This document shows, one piece after another, positions 58,088 to 64,000 of a DNA stretch of 64,000 bases. Each line of letters opens with the position of its first letter. The first letter of the stretch is position 1. Below the pieces are notes generated by a model. That model did not search any database. It saw only the letters and a program-made list of their open reading frames with translations, and was not told the origin of the DNA. A program made the translations under genes and the position numbers. The stretch lies in the IMG/VR virus record IMGVR_UViG_3300025133_000019; one strand, written 5' to 3'. The DNA is from a virus. Lineage: Duplodnaviria > Heunggongvirae > Uroviricota > Caudoviricetes.

Positions 58088-58884
58088 GAATTGAGCTTTC
58101 TCAGGTATGCGGTTAGTTTGACCTCTTTATCCTGATCCTCTAAAAACTTATCTAGGTGCTCGGAAGGAATTCTCTTGACAACTTCTCTCCTAACTATGTA
58201 AGAGGGGTCAGAAACGTGGTCTACTAAATCCTCTGGGCTAAGTCTGCTCACTAATTCATATCTTACTCTGGGATCTTCGTACTTTCTAGTTTTAACTAGT
58301 TCTAGATCACAATGCTTCACCAAAAAGACCAGTAATCTAGGATCTTCGGTTTCAAGAAGGCCAGAAAGCTCTCCTTCATTTTCTTTAGGAATGGAGTGTA
58401 TATCAGTCCAAGCATGCGTATCTGTTGTGTAATACCATTCGGGACAATCTCCAATCCAGAATATACCTTCAAATTTACCAGCAGGAACTTCCCCTTTTAA
58501 AACTTCTTTGAAAAAACTCTGGGAAATTAATTTGTGAAGCCCCAGAGACTTGAATAGTTTTATCACGTAGTCTAATGGGTGGGAGAAGTTGTTCTCCAGC
58601 TCATCCAGAGTCACTCCCCATAGATCTTTAACCGAATTTAAAAACTTGGGCGAATCAATCCACAGCAATCTGAATCTATATTCTAAGGGCTCGTCTTTAC
58701 CACTTTCTTTAAAGCCTATAGCCAAGCCCCCATCAAAAGCCTCGAAGACCTCGGAATCAGGAGCCTCTTCGTACAAATAAACCTTTCCGTCACTATTAGG
58801 CCACCTGTCTATGAAATCTTGAGTGGACAAGTTTTCTATTTCACTGGCTATCTTAGAATGGAGTAATTTGGAGCTGATTTTCAT
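58084..58884 (-). CDS. protein with C-terminal HEAT/LRV-like repeats
   Basis: EDPRVRYELVSRL, SDPSYIVRREVVKRI, EDQDKEVK. Confidence 0.65.
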   Translation of the reverse strand: MKISSKLLHSKIASEIENLSTQDFIDRWPNSDGKVYLYEEAPDSEVFEAFDGGLAIGFKESGKDEPLEYRFRLLWIDSPKFLNSVKDLWGVTLDELENNFSHPLDYVIKLFKSLGLHKLISQSFFKEVLKGEVPAGKFEGIFWIGDCPEWYYTTDTHAWTDIHSIPKENEGELSGLLETEDPRLLVFLVKHCDLELVKTRKYEDPRVRYELVSRLSPEDLVDHVSDPSYIVRREVVKRIPSEHLDKFLEDQDKEVKLTAYLRKLNS

Positions 58885-58972
58885 GCTTTAACAAGTAAAT
58901 ATTCAACGATTATTGTTGGAACAGCTTGACTTATCTTAATAAAATAAGCTAAGATAATCTAAGAGGGAAACA

Positions 58973-59206
58973 ATGAAGCTTACAGATCATCAACTAAAAG
59001 CACTGAGAAGAATAAAAAGAGGGATAGAGAAAGCTAAAAAGCTAGATCCTGGTTATACCGGGGGACTCCCTCTAGAACATTCGGTATTTCTTAATGCGTC
59101 AACCCTTAAATCTCTGTTAAAAAGAGGATTAATACAACTGGATAGATCCAGTGTTAATCATTCTGTTTACGGGGAAGTAAAATTCTCAATCCATATGACC
59201 CCTTAG
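58973..59206 (+). CDS. small winged-helix-like protein; TAG stop lies inside the tRNA
   Basis: MKLTDHQLKAL...TLKSLLKRGLI. Confidence 0.55.
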   Translation: MKLTDHQLKALRRIKRGIEKAKKLDPGYTGGLPLEHSVFLNASTLKSLLKRGLIQLDRSSVNHSVYGEVKFSIHMTP

Positions 59207-59268
59207 CTCAATGATAGAGCGTCGGCTTCTAAACCCGAAGGTTGAGAGTTTGATTCTCTCAGGGGTCA
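59197..59268 (+). tRNA. tRNA with Arg(TCT)-like body; standard spacing gives CTA anticodon (possible amber suppressor)
   Basis: GACCCCT/AGGGGTC, GCTC/GAGC D stem, G-TCGGC-TTCTAAA-CCCGA-AGGTT, T loop TTTGATT. Confidence 0.65.
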
Positions 59269-59295
59269 TAAAAAATTTGGAAGCAAAATTAACAG

Positions 59296-59324
59296 TTGAC
59301 TAATAGTAAGTTTTTATGTATACT
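59296..59324 (+). promoter_or_regulatory. sigma70-type promoter
   Basis: TTGACT-17 nt-TATACT. Confidence 0.75.
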
Positions 59325-59333
59325 AAATATAAG

Positions 59334-59435
59334 ATGGAAAATACATAGACTAAATACAAACCAGAAGAAACAAACTTCACCCGTTGCGTTGAGGACTTAT
59401 TATTAATAGTTCTACCAACGGGTTTTTTAATGTAG
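59334..59435 (+). CDS. leader ORF MENT(TAG)TKYKP...GFLM(TAG)
   Basis: TAG at codon 5 (59346-59348); readthrough frame spans the terminator. Confidence 0.5.
59379..59428 (+). terminator. leader terminator
   Basis: ACCCGTTG...CAACGGGT plus T run, inner AGGACT/AGTTCT pairing. Confidence 0.75.
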
Positions 59436-59443
59436 GGAAAATA

Positions 59444-59776
59444 ATGACGGACACATAGAACCATAGTTATATTTATGTCGTGATTAGACACGATCTAACC
59501 CCGGCACAAATAGCGGTACAAGCTTCTCACGCTTGTATAGAATCCACACGATCTTACCTTAACGATGAGGATCAACATCCACATTTAGTTTTAGTAAAGG
59601 TCAAAAATGAATTCCGTTTGATTCGTTTAATAGATGAATTAAACGAATCAGGTATTAAATTCAGGAACTTTATAGAGCCTGATTTAAACTACTCTTTAAC
59701 AGCTCTGGCAACAAAGCCTATCCCAGCAAATTCACCTAAACGAGACTTCTTCAAGAAGTTCTCACTATATGTCTAA
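59444..59776 (+). CDS. PTH2-like peptidyl-tRNA hydrolase-family protein with in-frame TAG at codon 5
   Basis: ATG ACG GAC ACA TAG AAC CAT AGT TAT ATT TAT GTC GTG; YIYVVIRHDL..AQIAVQASHA, LVLVKV, FIEPD....TALA. Confidence 0.7.
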
Positions 59777-59789
59777 TAAAGGAGACGTA

Positions 59790-60107
59790 ATGAAAGATCC
59801 ACGTATTACAAACAACATTAGAATCACAAAGCAACAACTAAAAGACCTAGCTTCTGAGATAAGATCTGTTAAGCCAGATCTCAAGAATCCTGCTATAAAG
59901 CAATGGATTACGCAGAACAAGCTTTTTCACCTTAGCTACAATTACAGGCATTTGCATATCGCTTATTGTGAGGTAAGGGGCAAGACCCGAGAGCAGATTG
60001 AAAGTCCTGGGGAAGATAACTTCCCTTATGAAAAAAAGATTGACGAGCACAAAGAGGCTATTTTAAATGGGGATCTTACTCCGGTAAAAGAGAAGGCGGT
60101 GGCATGA
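59790..60107 (+). CDS. hypothetical phage protein
   Basis: AAAGGAG SD; YRHLHIAYCEVRGKTREQIE motif. Confidence 0.6.
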   Translation: MKDPRITNNIRITKQQLKDLASEIRSVKPDLKNPAIKQWITQNKLFHLSYNYRHLHIAYCEVRGKTREQIESPGEDNFPYEKKIDEHKEAILNGDLTPVKEKAVA

Positions 60108-60556
60108 GCTTAGAAATACTAGACGGAAAGCTAGTATGGTCTGGGGGTCCTGTTATTATGGACCCCGTAGATCCTAGTGGCTACAAATACTGGGAATTCT
60201 ATATACCCAGATTTATACCTCACGGATATTTCTGTGTCGATGAATGTGACTTTGAGGATTCCTGGCTAGAAGATGTCGAAGATCATGAATACAGAGATCA
60301 CGATATTGTGGTCACACGAGGTTGTGGTTACGGAATGCTGGATATCAGCGTTTGGGATGCCAGAGAGCTTAGCGAAGGAAAACTAACTCTTATTCAAGCA
60401 TCTTCTAGGGTTTCTCATAAAGTAAACCTTAAAGACTCAATAGCGCTAGATACAAATAAAGCAGGATTATTTGTTAGTATACTTGAATCTAATTGCTATA
60501 GCATTAGAAGTTATGATCAAAAATCATTCGAGGAGCTTGTGAAAATGGAGCCTTGA
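60104..60556 (+). CDS. hypothetical protein
   Basis: 150-aa ORF with ATGA overlap. Confidence 0.55.
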   Translation: MSLEILDGKLVWSGGPVIMDPVDPSGYKYWEFYIPRFIPHGYFCVDECDFEDSWLEDVEDHEYRDHDIVVTRGCGYGMLDISVWDARELSEGKLTLIQASSRVSHKVNLKDSIALDTNKAGLFVSILESNCYSIRSYDQKSFEELVKMEP

Positions 60557-60928
60557 TTCCGTTTGTATAAACAAACTTGTGATCTGGACTAGCCTTGACC
60601 TCTACCCCAAACTCTTCTGGGTCACTGGTTATTTCCCAATCCTGGGCAAAATCTTTGGAGCCCTCTTTTTCTCTGTTTTAAGGGGCCGAATTAGAAACGA
60701 GCTTTTGCCTCTTTTCCCTAAAACTTCGTAAGGGAAAGTATCACTATACAATTTTAGATTGACATAACCAGAAGCCTCTTCATACTTAACTGGATGAGAC
60801 TTCAACATACAATAAATATTTAGCTTTTCTAATCAGTCCTATAGCTTTTACAGGGGACTCGGCATCTAACACGAAATTATCCCGTATTCCTGGCCCGGTA
60901 ACTTTATAAGTTTTCACAGCACTCTCCT

Positions 60929-61678
60929 CTAAGAACCTATTTTCATACTCATTATCTTATTATACACTTCTTCTTGGGTATGTGGAATATAGGTATACAA
61001 AAAAGAACGGCCTTTTTTCTCTTTAGAAAGGATTCCCATCTTCCCATAAAAGAAATCTTCTAGATAATTTTTTAGAGTGCTAGGATTCCACTTAATACTA
61101 GTTTTTTCGGCGTATTCTTTCTTGGTGAAAGACTTGATCTCTCTTATTTCATAATACATTTTTTCAAGGATACCCTTAAATTCTGTGTAGTGAGCTGTTT
61201 TTGTCACACCAGGAGTTTGTCTTAATAAGTCTTTAAACATTATGGTGTCAGTAACTTGTTTGTGGATATCTCTCGGCTTAGGATCTTGTTCTTTAGGAAT
61301 GGCATACGTATCCCATCCTCCAGGATTTGTGTGATACGCTCGTTTGTTAGTCATATTCACAAAAATATAACCAAGACCTAATGCTGACAGCAGTTTTTTA
61401 GTTCCGTTATAGTACTTCCATTTCCTGGTCATAAAATTTGTAGACGTGGCTAACCATATCAAATTGGCTTTAGGATGTACTGTTCTATCAGATCCTTGAA
61501 GAATAGAGTCTTTATTAAAGGTCTTTTTAAGCTCTATTTCGATTACTTGTCCTTGGTGAAAAACAACTATATCTCTATGTCCATACTCAGTATGGAAATC
61601 TGCTCCAGGGTATGTGGTCTGGATAAAATCATAAACAGCCTTCCAAAGGCACGACTCGTCAAATTCTGATTGTTTCAT
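60929..61678 (-). CDS. DUF2161-like PD-(D/E)XK nuclease with C-terminal HTH
   Basis: E..L.KAVYDF, RDIVVF, IEIELKKTF, LLSALGLGYIFV. Confidence 0.6.
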   Translation of the reverse strand: MKQSEFDESCLWKAVYDFIQTTYPGADFHTEYGHRDIVVFHQGQVIEIELKKTFNKDSILQGSDRTVHPKANLIWLATSTNFMTRKWKYYNGTKKLLSALGLGYIFVNMTNKRAYHTNPGGWDTYAIPKEQDPKPRDIHKQVTDTIMFKDLLRQTPGVTKTAHYTEFKGILEKMYYEIREIKSFTKKEYAEKTSIKWNPSTLKNYLEDFFYGKMGILSKEKKGRSFLYTYIPHTQEEVYNKIMSMKIGS

Positions 61679-61788
61679 AACTAGTAAGAGCCAGATACTA
61701 ACATATCTCACAAATTTAATCAAATTTAGTCTGTTGTATTGACAATTCTTAGTGTCCTTAGTTATACTAGATAAAATGAAGGAGAGTT

Positions 61789-62544
61789 ATGAGTAAAGAT
61801 GAATTTAGACCTAAAAATCCTATAGACACTGTTTGCCATTTTGAACTTTTGAGGGAAATTATTCAAGAGGCTATAGAAGCAGCCTCAGGTATGCAGGATG
61901 AACTATCAGATTTAAATAGGCAAACTGTAATTCAATCCTCAATAGGAATAAAAGAAGATATTTCTAAATTTATAGAGACACTCTAAAAGCCAGAAACCCA
62001 AAACTCCAGGCGGAACCGAGCCTTACTAGAAAGTATTGGATCTAGCAGTGAATTTATCTCTTTTCTAGGCCAAAACAACTTATTAGATATTCCACTCGAA
62101 ACTTTAAAGGGCATCACAATAGATCCTTTCCTGCTTTCCAGTCTTCCTGCTCTAGACGGTTGCGAAGAGACCTTAAATTGTCTTGATTCTATTTCTGATG
62201 TGTATTTTTATTCGAACGACACGGTTAGTAGAATAGAGCACTTTTCCTTTGAGATTGATTTTCTGTATCACTCCAATGGACAACTAAGCGGACGAATTCA
62301 CTCAGATCTAACGGGTATATTATTTACTCTGGAATACGATCTTCAAGGAAGACCTCTCTCTCACTTAGATGGCGAGGGGAATGTGATAGAAAAACGTGTT
62401 TATGACATTTTCGGAGATCAGACCCAAACTACAGCCGAGGGCACTCAAATATTCCCAGTAACTTACGACAGACATCCTGATAGTAGTACTCTAAAAAGTA
62501 TTAAAGTAGGAAAAAAAGTCGTATTCAATGTTCCTCAAGATTGA
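61789..62544 (+). CDS. two ORFs in one frame separated by TAA 61984-61986; downstream part is YD-repeat-like
   Basis: Frame stays open 61987-62544; LLESIG...NNLLDIPL, EYDLQGR, YDIFGD motifs. Confidence 0.45.
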
Positions 62545-62601
62545 AACTCTGTTGACTTCTAGTTAAATTTATATTACTATAGATATAACCAAGGAGATAA
62601 A

Positions 62602-63459
62602 ATGAAGTTTCAAACCATGAGTTTAGTAGCGGGTACACCAGCATGCTAAGCAAAATGTCCATTTTGTGTAAGTAAAATGACCCCTAATCCTGAGAACACT
62701 AAAAGTGTAGAGATAAACTCCCGCAATTTAAGGAAGAGCCTTATGTTTGCCGAAAAAGCTGGAGTAACTACAATTCTCATTACAGGAAAAGGAGAGCCCA
62801 CTCTTGCCCCCCGGCAAATTACAGATTACCTCAATTATATCAAAGAAAGGGAATTCCCTTTCATAGAACTCCAAAGTAATATGCTCAGGGCTCGTGAATT
62901 GAGAGACGAAGGCTACCTAAGTAATTGGTACGAGAAAGGATTGAATACAGTTTGTATCAGTATCGTCCATTACGATAACCAAAAAAACTCTGAAATTTAT
63001 ACTCCAGGTAAAGACTACCCTGATTTATCAGAGACTATTGGTTTGCTTCATGAAAAAGGTTTTACAGTTCGCCTTAGTTGTGTAGGTGTTCAAGGATACA
63101 TAGATACCTATGAAAAGCTACAGGAACTAACGGCATTCGCCAAGGAGAATGGAGTAGAGCAAGTGTCTTATTGCCCTATGACAAACTCGGGTAATACCCA
63201 AAACTCGAAAGTGTCTGGATGGATCAATAAAAACTCGTTGAAGTTTTATGTTGAGATCGTTAACACAGTTAGATGCCGGGGAACTATACTTCTTAATCTC
63301 GTTCATGGTGCTCAGGTCTTTGACCTTGACGGACAAAACCTGTGTTTAAAGAATTGTTTGACCAGAGATCCGTTAGAAGAGACCGTACGACAACTGATCT
63401 TCTTTCCAGATGGAAAGCTGACTTACGATTGGGAATACGAAGGAGCTAGAATACTATGA
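62602..63459 (+). pseudogene. radical SAM protein with TAA inside the CxxxCxxC motif
   Basis: AAGGAG SD, MKFQTMSLVAGTPAC(TAA)AKCPFC in frame with 62677..63459; ITGKGEP. Confidence 0.75.
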
Positions 63460-64000
63460 TTGAAGCATTCTCTATTATCTCTGTGATTGCTGTGTCTGCG
63501 TGTCTCTTTGTTATTGACAGTTACAAAACATCAAACGTGGATCTGTTTAAAAAGTAGAAGGACTGAACAAAAGGGTCAAATACCTAGAAACAGATAGAAA
63601 GATTTTGGCACTGAGCCATGACTTTCTACTGCAACAAAGCAGGAAACACTTGGACCCAGACAGGCTGACTATTATCTCCGATAAGCTCAGAGATATTAAG
63701 AAAGAATGCAGCAAAACTTACAAGAATCACCTGGAACTGGAAACCCAGTTAAACAAAGCTTTATAGGTTATTGGATTATGTCGCCGGATTTTACCATATA
63801 TGCTGACGAAATAAGACATAAAGCCTCAGAACAAACTGGATGTATCTCAGACAAATGGTTTTTTACAACAAAGCTAACAAACTCAAGAGTCAGAGCAAAA
63901 GGAGTACCAGCACAATACAGAAGTTTGAATATCTCCGATATATTTTCTGGGACATTTCCTGTTCCAAAACTTCCTATGGTAAGAACACATTCTTCTAGGT

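Noticed and set aside
59197-59268. Pyrrolysine tRNA
   Set aside because: It has a normal D arm, 2-nt connector and 5-nt variable loop, unlike tRNA-Pyl, and no pyl genes are present.
171-63336. Numerous short antisense or overlapping ORFs in the track (e.g. 171, 679, 3250, 7700, 10977, 11780, 15493, 23048, 43950, 63127)
   Set aside because: They lie within longer, motif-supported genes on another frame or strand and lack SD sites or recognisable motifs.
1-64000. Genome-wide TAG reassignment (alternative genetic code)
   Set aside because: Long ORFs are intact under the standard code, and TAG ends conserved genes at their expected termini (gltX 17588, vWA 33557, hen1 44430).

Overview
This AT-rich 64-kb segment is most consistent with a large (jumbo/huge) bacteriophage genome. 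It has dense short hypothetical genes, host sigma70-type promoters, 14 tRNA or tRNA-like genes (none with an encoded CCA), translation and RNA-repair genes (gltX, map, Pnkp-Hen1, a PTH2-like protein), metabolic genes (pyrE, type II glutamine synthetase, nicotinamidase-like, coaD-like), an orphan TnpB, a MamK-like actin and several paralogous families. No capsid, terminase or rRNA genes are recognisable, so the phage call is an inference. The main finding is that three tRNA loci each sit behind a promoter, a short leader ORF and a terminator/antiterminator switch, and each leader is enriched in the codons read by the downstream tRNAs: Asn x5 before tRNA-Asn; Ile/Met before Ile-Met-Ile tRNAs; nine consecutive Leu/Gln/Cys codons before the Gln-Cys-Gln-Leu cluster. 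This looks like ribosome-mediated attenuation used to switch on phage tRNAs when the matching host tRNA is depleted, and I do not know of it being described for tRNA genes. A fourth switch next to a possible amber-suppressor tRNA appears to make a PTH2-like gene depend on UAG readthrough. Caveat: many genes carry single-base indels in homopolymers, which suggests assembly error, so isolated frameshifts and stops should be treated cautiously. All family calls come from motif recognition by eye; no searches or folding programs were run.
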